Assembly (NCBI GenBank): GCA_035939115.1
Contig: DASZGF010000197.1
Span: 1-32,000, forward strand
Source of the DNA: Candidatus Binataceae bacterium
GTDB lineage: Bacteria; Desulfobacterota; Binatia; Binatales; Binataceae
Length of the DNA stretch: 32,000 nucleotides
Reading direction: 5' to 3'
Within the stretch, counting starts at the first letter, position 1. Each line of letters begins with the position of its first letter. The notes below the pieces were generated by a model. That model was not told the origin of the DNA, searched no databases, and saw only the letters and a list, made by a program, of their open reading frames with translations. Positions 15,210 through 22,970 of the stretch are shown one piece after another. The position numbers were made by a program, and so were the translations under genes.

Positions 15210-15326
15210 GGTGGTGAGTGGTGAGAAAAGAGAAAATAGAAAAGAGAAAACGAGAAAGGCCGTCGCCGTATTTCTCATTCCAATTCTGTGTCTGCCTCTC
15301 TTTTCTCATTTCTCATTTCTCAATGA
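15210..15326. repeat. Heptad-periodic purine/pyrimidine inverted repeat, copy E5
   Basis: The left arm has gagaaaa gagaaaa tagaaaa gagaaaa (15223-15250) plus gagaaag. The right arm has tctgcctctc followed by ttttctc atttctc atttctc (15301-15321). The stop codon of the 15320..15670 gene is the TGA of a TGAGAAA unit. Confidence 0.8.
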
Positions 15327-15670
15327 CTTGCCGGGCGGAACTGATGCGGCTTGGAGGGACCGAACCAGTCCCCTTCGAACTCATAGCGCGTGCAGTCGCC
15401 GCGACGATAATCCAAGTCGAGCAGCAGGTAGCGGATACCGCTGCCCTTCACCTGCTTGATTATCGAGCGCAGACTCGCTTCGTCGCCGGCGGCTACCGTG
15501 GCTATATCACAGCCTTCGCCGCCGCTGTCGCGGAAAAAGCGCTCGGCCGCCTGCTCGCTGCTGAAGGCCACCACCGCCGCCCACGGCGCGACATGTTCGC
15601 GGTAGGCGACTAGCGCGCCGTTGCGATCGAGCAGGAAATACAGGTCGCCGCCGCCGGGGAATTCGTTCAC
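15320..15670 (-). CDS. Hypothetical protein (116 aa), no confidently recognised family
   Basis: The composition is coding-like. A GTG start overlaps the upstream stop (GTGA at 15667-15670). The pattern DLYFLLDRNGALV...AAVVAFSSEQAAERFF...IRYLLLDLD is loosely reminiscent of SseB/DUF3110-type small alpha/beta domains, which is a weak impression only. Confidence 0.5.
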   Translation of the reverse strand: MNEFPGGGDLYFLLDRNGALVAYREHVAPWAAVVAFSSEQAAERFFRDSGGEGCDIATVAAGDEASLRSIIKQVKGSGIRYLLLDLDYRRGDCTRYEFEGDWFGPSKPHQFRPASH

Positions 15671-16002
15671 GCGCTTTCGACCTTCAAGGCGCCCGAGCGA
15701 ATCGCCGCCGCGCGCTCCTTCACCAGCGCCGGATAGGTGTAATAGTGGTCCGCGCTAAGCCGCAGGAATGATTGCAGGTCCACCCCTTCCAGTTCCAGTT
15801 TGGCGATTGCCTGTTCCGCCGCCGGGCGGTCCCCGGCATTGATGATCGCGTCATACAGTTCGCGTCCCTGCTCGGACTGGAAGTCCTCACGCGCGGGCAA
15901 ATCGCCGGCGGCAAGGCGGCCGCGATGCAGATTCTCCAAAATATAGCGCAGCGCCTTGAGCTCATGGCGCAGCAGGTCAACCTCTTTAAGTGGGCGTTCC
16001 AT
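15667..16002 (-). CDS. Hypothetical protein (111 aa) resembling a stand-alone DnaB-helicase N-terminal domain
   Basis: ELKALRYILENLHRGRLAAGDLPAREDFQSEQGRELYDAIINAG...IAKLELEGVDLQSFLRLSADHYYTYPALVKERAAAIR follows the DnaB_N pattern (E..vLg.ll... l..edF....hr.if.ai ... L...g ... yL..l ... y...v.e.a..R). The SD is weak. Confidence 0.5.
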   Translation of the reverse strand: MERPLKEVDLLRHELKALRYILENLHRGRLAAGDLPAREDFQSEQGRELYDAIINAGDRPAAEQAIAKLELEGVDLQSFLRLSADHYYTYPALVKERAAAIRSGALKVESA

Positions 16003-16042
16003 TGCTTCTGAGCTTATCCCCCGGATGCGGTCCTCTCAACCA

Positions 16043-16263
16043 GTAGGCGGGCCCCCGAGCCCGCCTACGCTGGCACGGCACCCGTAGGGACGGTTCGCGA
16101 ACCGCCCGTTCTCGGCCTCGTGGACTCTCAGCGCCCATGGAGGCTTTTCTTTCTCTCGACCATCCGCGGGCGGTTCGCGAACCGCCCCTACCCGTTGACC
16201 CATTCACGAACCGCCCAACCAGTGCTCGCCATCCTAACCGGCGGGCACGGAGGCCCGCCCTAC
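16043..16263. repeat. Cluster of four GTAG-headed REP hairpins from three sequence families
   Basis: The four units are gtaggcgggcccccgagcccgcctac (16043-16068), gtagggacggttcgcgaaccgccc (16084-16107), its inverted partner gggcggttcgcgaaccgcccctac (16168-16191), and ggcgggcacggaggcccgccctac (16240-16263). The last one abuts and overlaps the ADH stop codon. Confidence 0.8.
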
Positions 16264-17315
16264 TAATATTCGTTGATGATCGACATTCCCACGTTCTGGA
16301 AGCTGGTCATCTCCTCCAGGACTCGCGACGCGCCTGCGAGCCCAACCGTTTCCGTGATCATATCGCCGGGCCGCAGCTTCTTTGACCCGACCATCGCCAG
16401 CATCGAGGGATAACGCGACGCTGGCATTCCCAGCGAGGCGATAAGTTGCAGCTCCATCGTGACCATGCGGTCGATTGGAAGCGCGACGTCACCCTTTTCG
16501 TTCGCGCTGGTGAGACCGATCTGGAGCGAGCGGCCTTGTTTGCGCAGACTTAAGATCGCATTGCGGCAGGTCGTTGCGATTCCCAGCGCGTCGACCGCGA
16601 CATGGGCGCCGCCGCGTGTGAGGTCGGCGATTGCTTTTACCGCGTCGGTGCTCTTGCCGTTGATGACGTGCGCGGCGCCGACCTTTTTGGCCAGTTCGAG
16701 CTTGCGATCGTCGAGGTCAACCGCGATCACGGTGGCGCCGATCGCCGACGCGATATGGACCGCCGACAGCCCAATCCCGCCGCATCCGTGCACCGCCACC
16801 CATTCGCCCGGCTTTACCTGCGCGCGGTCGACGATCCCGTGATACGAGGTCATGAACCGGCAGCCCAACGCGGCGCCCTCCAGAAAGCCCACTTCGTCGG
16901 GCATCGGCACCAGGTTGACGTCCGCCTGCGGCACCCCGACCAGCCTGCCGTAGCCGCCCCAATAGCTGAAGCCGGGAAGCTGCGGCCGCATGCAGACATG
17001 GGAGTTGCCGGTGCGGCAGTACTCGCAGGAGCCCTCGCCCTGGCTGAATGGCACCAGGACGCGGTCGCCGCGTTTGAAGTTGCGCACATCCTTGCCCACT
17101 TCCTCGACCACGCCGCAAAATTCATGGCCCATCACCAGCGGCAGCGTCGGCGTCAGTCCAATCCACGACCAGTCTCCCGACCACGCATGCCAATCCGAGC
17201 GGCACACCCCTTCGGCCTCGGCCCGTAGGATCGCGCCGTTTGACGGCAACTGCGGATCGGGCACATCCCTGACCACCAGCGGCTGGCGGATTGCTTCCAT
17301 TACTGCGGCTCTCAT
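16263..17315 (-). CDS. Zinc-dependent alcohol dehydrogenase (MDR family)
   Basis: MRAAVMEAIRQPLVV...EGVCRSDWH...GHEFCGVVEEVG...GEGSCEYCRTGNSHVC (structural Zn)...VHGCGGIGLSAV (Rossmann). The ATG at 17315 is preceded by an aaggaggg SD. The track start at 17678 adds 121 aa of low-complexity read-through across a REPIN. Confidence 0.9.
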   Translation of the reverse strand: MRAAVMEAIRQPLVVRDVPDPQLPSNGAILRAEAEGVCRSDWHAWSGDWSWIGLTPTLPLVMGHEFCGVVEEVGKDVRNFKRGDRVLVPFSQGEGSCEYCRTGNSHVCMRPQLPGFSYWGGYGRLVGVPQADVNLVPMPDEVGFLEGAALGCRFMTSYHGIVDRAQVKPGEWVAVHGCGGIGLSAVHIASAIGATVIAVDLDDRKLELAKKVGAAHVINGKSTDAVKAIADLTRGGAHVAVDALGIATTCRNAILSLRKQGRSLQIGLTSANEKGDVALPIDRMVTMELQLIASLGMPASRYPSMLAMVGSKKLRPGDMITETVGLAGASRVLEEMTSFQNVGMSIINEY

Positions 17316-17422
17316 AGACGTCCCTCCTTGGGAACAGCGTTCGCATTCAAGTTGGCATATAGCGCCGCATGCGTGAGTCCGCAAACATTCGGCACCTCTA
17401 CGGGGAAAGCAAGCAAAGAAAC

Positions 17423-17496
17423 GCCGGCACGGAGGCCGGCTGCTACGAAGATATGCATCGTCTCTGTCTGCCGTAGCAGCCGGCCTCTGTGCCGGC
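17423..17496. repeat. REPIN (inverted REP doublet): gccggcacggaggccggctgctac ... gtagcagccggcctctgtgccggc
   Basis: Two 24-nt units sit in inverted orientation (17423-17446 and 17473-17496) with a 26-nt spacer. Each has a GCCGGC/GCCGGC stem and a GTAG head. It lies between the MerR-TPR stop and the ADH start. Confidence 0.8.
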
Positions 17497-17557
17497 GTTT
17501 CTTCGCGAGCAGGTGGCAGTCTCTCTTCGACAGTCGCTGCCGCACGGGGACGGGAAT

Positions 17558-18388
17558 CTAATCCTGATTGATCAGACGGTGGGCGGCGCTGAGATGGCGC
17601 ATCGCTTCGCGCTTGCGTCCCTGCTGCTCGTAAATCTGCGCCATATGCAGATGGGCCTCGATCAGGTCCGGCTCGCATTCCAGCGCGCGGCTAAAGCACG
17701 CCGCGGCGCGCTCCATGTTCTGGAGCTTGCGGTAAAGCACGCCGAGATCGAAATGCAGTTCGGCGCTGTTGGGCTCCACCACCGCGGCGGCGTCCAGATG
17801 GCGCACGGCGCCGCTCAGGTCGCCGGCGCGCTCGAGCAGTGTACTGAGCCGGCGATGAACCGCGCCGTCGCGCGGGCGAAATTGCAGGTACTCCCGGTAC
17901 ATCTGCACCGCGCGCGCGGAATTGGTCTCTTCCAGTCCGCCGGCGGCGTCGAGCAGGCGGCGCAGGCGCACCGGAGCGTCCGCCTGCTTGATGGTTTCGC
18001 CGGCGCGCGCGACGGCATACTCCAGCCGCATCTGGCCGGTGTCGGCCTCGAAGATGACCGCGCCGTCGCGCACCAGGATGCAGCCGTCCTCTTCATAAAG
18101 TTTAAGCGCGGTCATCGGGCGCTGCGCGTCGAGCATATGGCCGACGCGCTGAAAGCATCGCGCTACCACCTCAAGCCGGCGCCGGTTGGGAAGCAATTCC
18201 TTGGCCAGGCGCATCATGAGGAGGTCCTCGAAGGTGAACTGATAATGCCGGCCGCGCACCGCCGCCGGTTTCACCAGTTTGCGCTTGACCCAATAGCGGA
18301 TGCGTTCGGGCGAGATCGCGAGGATTCGCGCCGCCATCCGCGTCGAGAAGTTCTGCCGCTCCGCCACTCCGCCGCCCCTCTTATCCAT
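17558..18388 (-). CDS. MerR-family HTH transcriptional regulator fused to a C-terminal TPR domain
   Basis: The N-terminus FSTRMAARILAISPERIRYWVKRKLVKPAAVRGRHYQFTFEDLLMMRLAKEL is MerR/HTH_17-like. The C-terminus has TPR units (AVRHLDAAAVVEPNSAELHFDLGVLYRKLQNMERAAACFSRALECEPDLIEAHLHMAQIY). Confidence 0.8.
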   Translation of the reverse strand: MDKRGGGVAERQNFSTRMAARILAISPERIRYWVKRKLVKPAAVRGRHYQFTFEDLLMMRLAKELLPNRRRLEVVARCFQRVGHMLDAQRPMTALKLYEEDGCILVRDGAVIFEADTGQMRLEYAVARAGETIKQADAPVRLRRLLDAAGGLEETNSARAVQMYREYLQFRPRDGAVHRRLSTLLERAGDLSGAVRHLDAAAVVEPNSAELHFDLGVLYRKLQNMERAAACFSRALECEPDLIEAHLHMAQIYEQQGRKREAMRHLSAAHRLINQD

Positions 18389-18481
18389 CCTACGCGAAGT
18401 ATAGGTCCGCTATCTCCACACGCTCAAGGCACGCGCGCTTCAACTTTGAACAGTATGCACAAACCGCTGCGAACCAAGGAT

Positions 18482-18505
18482 GGCGGGCAGGGCCGCCCGC
18501 CCTAC
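18482..18505. repeat. REP-like hairpin with a GTAG head (ggcgggcagggccgcccgccctac)
   Basis: Its CTAC ends directly against the ribH stop codon (18506-18508). Confidence 0.75.
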
Positions 18506-18919
18506 TCAGGCCGAGTCGACTTGCTTGAGCGCCTGCAGCATCCGGACCGCCGATTCGACCGCGTTGCGCGCGTTGTCGATACGATCGACCGCCTGGTCGC
18601 GAGTCATCCCCGGTCCGGTCACGCCGAAGCCAACCGGCTTGCCGGTCTGCGCGGCAAGCTGGGCCACCGCCTGCGCGGTGGCATGCATGATGACTTCGTC
18701 GTGCAGAGTGTCGCCCTTGATGACGGCGCCGATCAGCACCACGGCGTCGATATCCTTGCGCGCCAGCAACCGCTTGATGATCGCCGGCATGTCGAACACT
18801 CCCGGCACGTGGACGATCATGACCTCCGCGCCCAGGAACTCGGCATGGCGGCGCGCCCGCTCCAGCATCAACGACGTCACGTCGAAATTAAAATCCGCAG
18901 CCACCAACGCCAGTTTCAC
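18506..18919 (-). CDS. ribH: 6,7-dimethyl-8-ribityllumazine synthase, short archaeal-type
   Basis: [27 protein letters not shown]...[46 protein letters not shown]...[31 protein letters not shown] closely follows my recollection of the methanogen RibH sequence ([44 protein letters not shown]). The start overlaps the hisF stop by 4 nt. Confidence 0.8.
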   Translation of the reverse strand: MKLALVAADFNFDVTSLMLERARRHAEFLGAEVMIVHVPGVFDMPAIIKRLLARKDIDAVVLIGAVIKGDTLHDEVIMHATAQAVAQLAAQTGKPVGFGVTGPGMTRDQAVDRIDNARNAVESAVRMLQALKQVDSA

Positions 18920-19716
18920 AGCCCGCTCCTTTCCGGCCCGAGGCCGTCCCGCACGTCCACTCCGTGCTCATGTAAATAGCGCTTTATGACCGGGATTGGA
19001 TAGCTGCCGTAATGCACCATCGAGGCAACGATCGCGGCGTCGGCTCCGGCCTCCACGAATGCCTGGCGCAGATGCTCGGGCTCGCCCGCGCCGCCCGAGG
19101 CGATGACCGGGATCGATACGCCGCGGCTGATCGCGCCGGTCAGCTCGATTTCGAAGCCCAGATTGGTGCCGTCGCGATCGATCGAATTGATGCACAACTC
19201 GCCCGCGCCAAGCCGCTCGCCCTGTTGCGCCCACGCGATCGCGTCCTTGCCGGTGAACAGGCGCCCGCCGTCGATCACCACTTCGTAGCCCGACGGCAGC
19301 CCCGGCCGCACGCCGGTTTTCTTGACCTGCATGGACAGCACGATGCATTGGCTCCCGAACGCCCGCGCGCCCTCCGTGATGACCTCCGGGTTGCGCACCG
19401 CGCCCGAATCGATCGAGACCTTTTCCGCGCCGGCCAGCAGCACCGCGCGCATGTCCTCCAGCGTGCGCAAGCCGCCGCCCACGCTGAAGGGGATGAAGAT
19501 TTCGCGCGCCACGGCGCGCACCACGTCGATCATGATCCCGCGCCGCTCGTTGGACGCGGTGATGTCATAGAAGACCAGCTCGTCGGCGCCCTGCTCGTAG
19601 TAGGCGCGGGCCATCGCGACCGGATCGCCGACGTCGACGTTGCCCTGGAATTCGATCCCCTTGGTGACCTTGCCGGCGCGAACGTCCAGGCAGGGAATGA
19701 TTCGTTTGGAAAGCAT
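18916..19716 (-). CDS. hisF: Imidazole glycerol phosphate synthase, cyclase subunit
   Basis: [24 protein letters not shown]...[13 protein letters not shown]...[14 protein letters not shown]...[11 protein letters not shown] is the canonical HisF pattern. Confidence 0.9.
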   Translation of the reverse strand: MLSKRIIPCLDVRAGKVTKGIEFQGNVDVGDPVAMARAYYEQGADELVFYDITASNERRGIMIDVVRAVAREIFIPFSVGGGLRTLEDMRAVLLAGAEKVSIDSGAVRNPEVITEGARAFGSQCIVLSMQVKKTGVRPGLPSGYEVVIDGGRLFTGKDAIAWAQQGERLGAGELCINSIDRDGTNLGFEIELTGAISRGVSIPVIASGGAGEPEHLRQAFVEAGADAAIVASMVHYGSYPIPVIKRYLHEHGVDVRDGLGPERSGL

Positions 19717-19724
19717 GACCTTCT

Positions 19725-20339
19725 TTAGAGCCTGCAGAAATTATCCAGCACGCGCAGCCCCGCCGCGCCGCTTTTTTCCAGATGGAATTGGGTGGCGACG
19801 AGGCGCTCGCGCGCGATGGCGGCGCAAAACACCACACCGTGCTCGGCCGTGGCGATCACCACCGATGGATCGGCGGGCAGCGGATAGTAGGAGTTGACGA
19901 AGTAGAAATGGCTGTTGTCGGGCACTCCGGCGAACACCGGATGGGGACGCAGTTGATGCACCCGGTTCCATCCAATCTGCGGAACCTTCAGAGGGCGTCC
20001 GTCCACGGCCGAGGGAAAGCGCGTGACCTCGCCGGCGACAACTCCCAGGCAGCGCGCGTCATCCTCCTCGCTGTGATCCATCAAAATCTGAATCCCGATA
20101 CAAATTCCCAAAAACGGCTTGCCGGCTCCGATCACATCCTCGCGCAGCACGTGATCCAACTCGAGTCGCCGCAGGTTTTCCATCGTGGCGCCCGCGGCGC
20201 CCACTCCGGGCAGAATCACGCGCTCGGCCGCTCGGAGTTTATCCGCCTGGTCGGTTATCTCGCATCGATGGCCTAGATGCTCCAAGGCGCTAGCCACGCT
20301 GGTCAGGTTGCCGGCCCGGTAATCGACAATCGCAATCAT
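19725..20339 (-). CDS. hisH: Imidazole glycerol phosphate synthase, glutamine amidotransferase subunit
   Basis: [23 protein letters not shown]...ILPGVGAAG...[11 protein letters not shown] (nucleophile Cys)...[10 protein letters not shown] (catalytic His/Glu region). Confidence 0.9.
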   Translation of the reverse strand: MIAIVDYRAGNLTSVASALEHLGHRCEITDQADKLRAAERVILPGVGAAGATMENLRRLELDHVLREDVIGAGKPFLGICIGIQILMDHSEEDDARCLGVVAGEVTRFPSAVDGRPLKVPQIGWNRVHQLRPHPVFAGVPDNSHFYFVNSYYPLPADPSVVIATAEHGVVFCAAIARERLVATQFHLEKSGAAGLRVLDNFCRL

Positions 20340-20504
20340 CTGACATTTTACCCGCGGGCATCAAAAATATCACGCCTCGAGCCGTGAGCGCAGGGGGGCG
20401 GCCAAGCATATCGCCGGTTCCGCGAATTGATCTGATTCTCCCTGGTGGCCAGTCGGACTTGAACGGTGGTAGAAATTGTAAATATTCACGATTGGGATTT
20501 ACTG

Positions 20505-20741
20505 ATGGATAGGGCCGTCAAGAAGACAATTTCACTTCCCGCCGAACTTGCGCGCGAGGTCGAAAAGAGGGCGCGAAGCGAGGGGAAGACCTTCAGCGCC
20601 GCGATCCAGGATGCTTTACGGCTCAGCAGGGCCGAGCCTCTTAAACGTGAATTTCATGCGGTCCAGGAATACTGGAGCCGAAAAGCAAAGGAGAAAGGTA
20701 TCCTGACCGGACAGGAACTCAAAAGGTACCTGACCCGATAA
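20505..20741 (+). CDS. Ribbon-helix-helix (CopG/antitoxin-like) protein with no intact partner gene
   Basis: MDRAVKKTISLPAELAREVEKRARSEGKTFSAAIQDALRL is an RHH pattern. ATG 20505 is preferred because a possible promoter (TTGAAC 20459-20464, A/T-rich -10 region about 20479-20487) would lie inside the longer GTG-20466 version. Confidence 0.7.
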   Translation: MDRAVKKTISLPAELAREVEKRARSEGKTFSAAIQDALRLSRAEPLKREFHAVQEYWSRKAKEKGILTGQELKRYLTR

Positions 20742-20853
20742 GGATCGTTTTCGGCACCAAAATCCGTGATTTCCGGATTGCTCTTCCCAGGCACGCATAG
20801 GGAAAGGCGTTGCCCCGAATGATGTCGGCGAGCGACCTCCGAAGGGCCCTGTA

Positions 20854-21927
20854 TCAGCCGGATGCTTTCCCGGCTCCGGAAGGGGCGCTCGCGGCGAGTG
20901 CTTCAGGAATTGCCTCGGCCAGAATCGGCGCGGCGTCCGCCCTGGTTGCCACCTGCAATCGTTCGTATGATGGAAGGGCGCCGTGGTTGGCCTCGATAAC
21001 CTTGCGGGTCTCGTCCACGAAAGCATTAAGGCCCGTGGCGGAATGGTCAGCGGCGAACTCCAAAGGAGCTCGCTGAACGATGAAATAGAGTCTCTTCAGA
21101 TCTTCGTATGCCGCGGGATTCGATTCGGCCAGGACGTCATAGCGTCCCGGGTCTTTGAAAATGAGCCATTCCTCATCGCGGAGTGATCCGAATCGCAGGT
21201 TAGTTGTAAATTCCATTTCATAGATGGGCAAGCGTTGGGCGGCGCAGGCCGCGCTAATCTGGGCGGGCGGATCGTCGATCGTTACCGCGCCCGTGTTGCT
21301 GGCAGCGCGAGATCTCGCCTCGCTTCCGAATCGTGCCCGAAACTCCTGGAACGACGCCGGCGCGTACCCAATATGGTACATGATACAGATGCCGTCGCGG
21401 GTGAGGACATTGTTCGCCACATCGGCGAGCATCCGCTGCACATCTCCCGGAGCCTCGGCATGATACACAACATGCGATGCGAACACGAGGTGAAAAGCGT
21501 TGCGTATTTTCGCTCCGTCTTGCGGTTCCGAGAGAAGCTCCAACAACTTGCCTGCGAACGCTTCTCCGGCCTGAACGGAAAATGACACCAATTTCAATTC
21601 GTTCCGCGCCTGCGCAGCCGCCAGGATTTGGTGGGCCTCTCCTCGTTCACCGTCGGCGTACTGGGGAAGATAGTCGGTTGCCCTGACGATGAACCCCTGC
21701 GGGACAGGCACCCCGGTCAGATACTGGATCAGAGTGTCGCACGGACCACATCCGATGTCGGCCACTGCTGCCGGAGTGTTAGCCGGAAAAACCAGATTTC
21801 GTTGCCCGAGGCAGTTCAGAAAGGTGCGATTGATATTCGCAGTTATTTTCTTTTCATCGGTGGCTGCCTTGAACGCGGGGTAGATATCTTCGTATACGTA
21901 ACGGTCCAGTATAATTTTGGAACTCAA
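20854..21927 (-). CDS. Class I SAM-dependent methyltransferase with a C-terminal substrate domain, histamine-N-methyltransferase-like layout
   Basis: It has motif I VADIGCGPCD and post-I/II acidic residues. After the core come ...FQEFRARFGSE... and a lid-like about 150-aa extension, arranged as in HNMT-type small-molecule N-methyltransferases. GC is visibly lower than in neighbouring genes. Confidence 0.7.
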   Translation of the reverse strand: MSSKIILDRYVYEDIYPAFKAATDEKKITANINRTFLNCLGQRNLVFPANTPAAVADIGCGPCDTLIQYLTGVPVPQGFIVRATDYLPQYADGERGEAHQILAAAQARNELKLVSFSVQAGEAFAGKLLELLSEPQDGAKIRNAFHLVFASHVVYHAEAPGDVQRMLADVANNVLTRDGICIMYHIGYAPASFQEFRARFGSEARSRAASNTGAVTIDDPPAQISAACAAQRLPIYEMEFTTNLRFGSLRDEEWLIFKDPGRYDVLAESNPAAYEDLKRLYFIVQRAPLEFAADHSATGLNAFVDETRKVIEANHGALPSYERLQVATRADAAPILAEAIPEALAASAPSGAGKASG

Positions 21928-21963
21928 CGCATTTACCTTTGAGCGGATCAGGTCGTTTCAACG

Positions 21964-22935
21964 CTATTTGATCGCTACCGCATTAGGCGGCGATGCGATG
22001 CCGCCTTCGACGTTGAGCGGCGCCGACACCACCATGAACTCGTAGCGGCCGTCCTGCGCGCAGTCATTCGCCAGCGGCGCCAGCTCGAACTGCTCGCCCA
22101 GCGGCAAGCCCGCCAGCGGCAGCGCCCAGATATGCAGCGGGGATTTCTCAAACGGCCACGATTCCACCGACGGGCAGTCTGTGCCGATCGCCGCCACCCG
22201 GTTGTCCCACAGCCATTCACACATCGCGCCGCTGGCTTCGATACCGCAGGCTTTGAGCGAATTGATCGGCGCCATCTCCTTTTTTTGCTCAGCCGGCGCC
22301 TTCAGATAAGCCTGCATCCAGCCCGTATGCACCAGCAGGATGCCGCCGGGTTTGAGTTGCGTCTTCTGCGCCGTTAGCGCGCCCTTGAGGTCATCGAGGC
22401 TGTAGATCGTCTTGGTCAGCGGATCGACCGGACGGCCCTGGTCGTTGCGGAACTTGAACGCGTCCACCAACGTGCCGCGGCCGACGAACTTGTTGGCCCA
22501 TTTGTGGATGCTTAACCGGGACTCCGCGCCGGACTTGATATCGTCCTGCGTCACACCATTGTAGAATCCATGGCGCGGATGGGCCACGTGGGCCAGTCCG
22601 TCCCACTGGCTCCCCTCCTGGGTGTTGTAGTTGTCGAGCATGTCATCATGCCCCCACACTTTTCCGTCCGGTCCCGCGTGTCTGATGATCTTGTGCCTGA
22701 CGATTGCGCGGCCGAACAGCGTGGGCTCTCCGTAGCCGACCTTCATGTCGAGGCGGAAAACTTTCCCCTTCTGCACCAGGCGCGCCGCTGCGACCACGGC
22801 CTCGGGGGTCAGAAAGTTAAGGCATCCCAATTCATAGTCGTCGCCAAACACACCCCAGGTTGAGCCTTCGGGCGCGCCCTTTTGCGCCGGCAGTTCAGAG
22901 AAGCGGGGCACTTTGTCAAAGTCGATCTTTGCCAT
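21964..22935 (-). CDS. Cyclase-family protein (kynurenine formamidase/isatin hydrolase-like fold)
   Basis: MAKIDFDKVPRFSELP...YNTQEGSQWDGLAHVAH (the Q-W-D-x-x-x-H variant of the family metal motif)...ILLVHTGW...AIGTDCPSVE. ATG 22935 has a ggag SD. The track start at 23142 would overlap the upstream gene. Confidence 0.8.
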   Translation of the reverse strand: MAKIDFDKVPRFSELPAQKGAPEGSTWGVFGDDYELGCLNFLTPEAVVAAARLVQKGKVFRLDMKVGYGEPTLFGRAIVRHKIIRHAGPDGKVWGHDDMLDNYNTQEGSQWDGLAHVAHPRHGFYNGVTQDDIKSGAESRLSIHKWANKFVGRGTLVDAFKFRNDQGRPVDPLTKTIYSLDDLKGALTAQKTQLKPGGILLVHTGWMQAYLKAPAEQKKEMAPINSLKACGIEASGAMCEWLWDNRVAAIGTDCPSVESWPFEKSPLHIWALPLAGLPLGEQFELAPLANDCAQDGRYEFMVVSAPLNVEGGIASPPNAVAIK

Positions 22936-22970
22936 GGAAGTTGCTCCAAAGTTAAGCGGCGGGCGTTGCA

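Noticed and set aside
2513-15326. Whether the GAGAAAN/TTTCTCN arrays or the REP clusters could be CRISPR arrays.
   Set aside because: The repeat units are 7 nt (tandem, with no spacers) or 24-nt hairpins in mixed orientations with irregular spacing. There are no regularly spaced 25-40-nt direct repeats separated by unique spacers, and no cas genes.
17316-17678. N-terminal 121-aa extension of the ADH ORF in the track (start 17678). Likewise the 69-aa extension of the cyclase ORF (22936-23142).
   Set aside because: The extensions are low-complexity (RPPSDQSGLDSRPRAAA...), and the ADH one reads through a REPIN. The internal ATGs at 17315 and 22935 have good Shine-Dalgarno sequences and give canonical N-termini. 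The long cyclase version would overlap the upstream hydrolase gene.
17489-18979. Long plus-strand ORF (496 aa) spanning the MerR-TPR and ribH genes. Similar long ORFs are 50..499(+), 9726..10565(+), 12025..12624(+), 14193..14777(+), 19012..19728(+), 25885..26688(-), 27249..28283(-), 29480..30607(-) and 30544..31926(-).
   Set aside because: These are shadow ORFs of the kind expected opposite or out of frame to real genes in high-GC DNA. Their translations are Arg/Ala/Gly/Pro-rich with no recognisable motifs. The overlapping frames on the other strand or in another frame carry clear family signatures.
20738-20800. A possible PIN/VapC toxin stub (IRIVFGTKIRDF...) after the RHH gene.
   Set aside because: I did not annotate it as a feature. 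It has no start codon, a 21-codon open stretch, and similarity limited to about 6 residues. It is mentioned only as a low-weight hypothesis in the findings.
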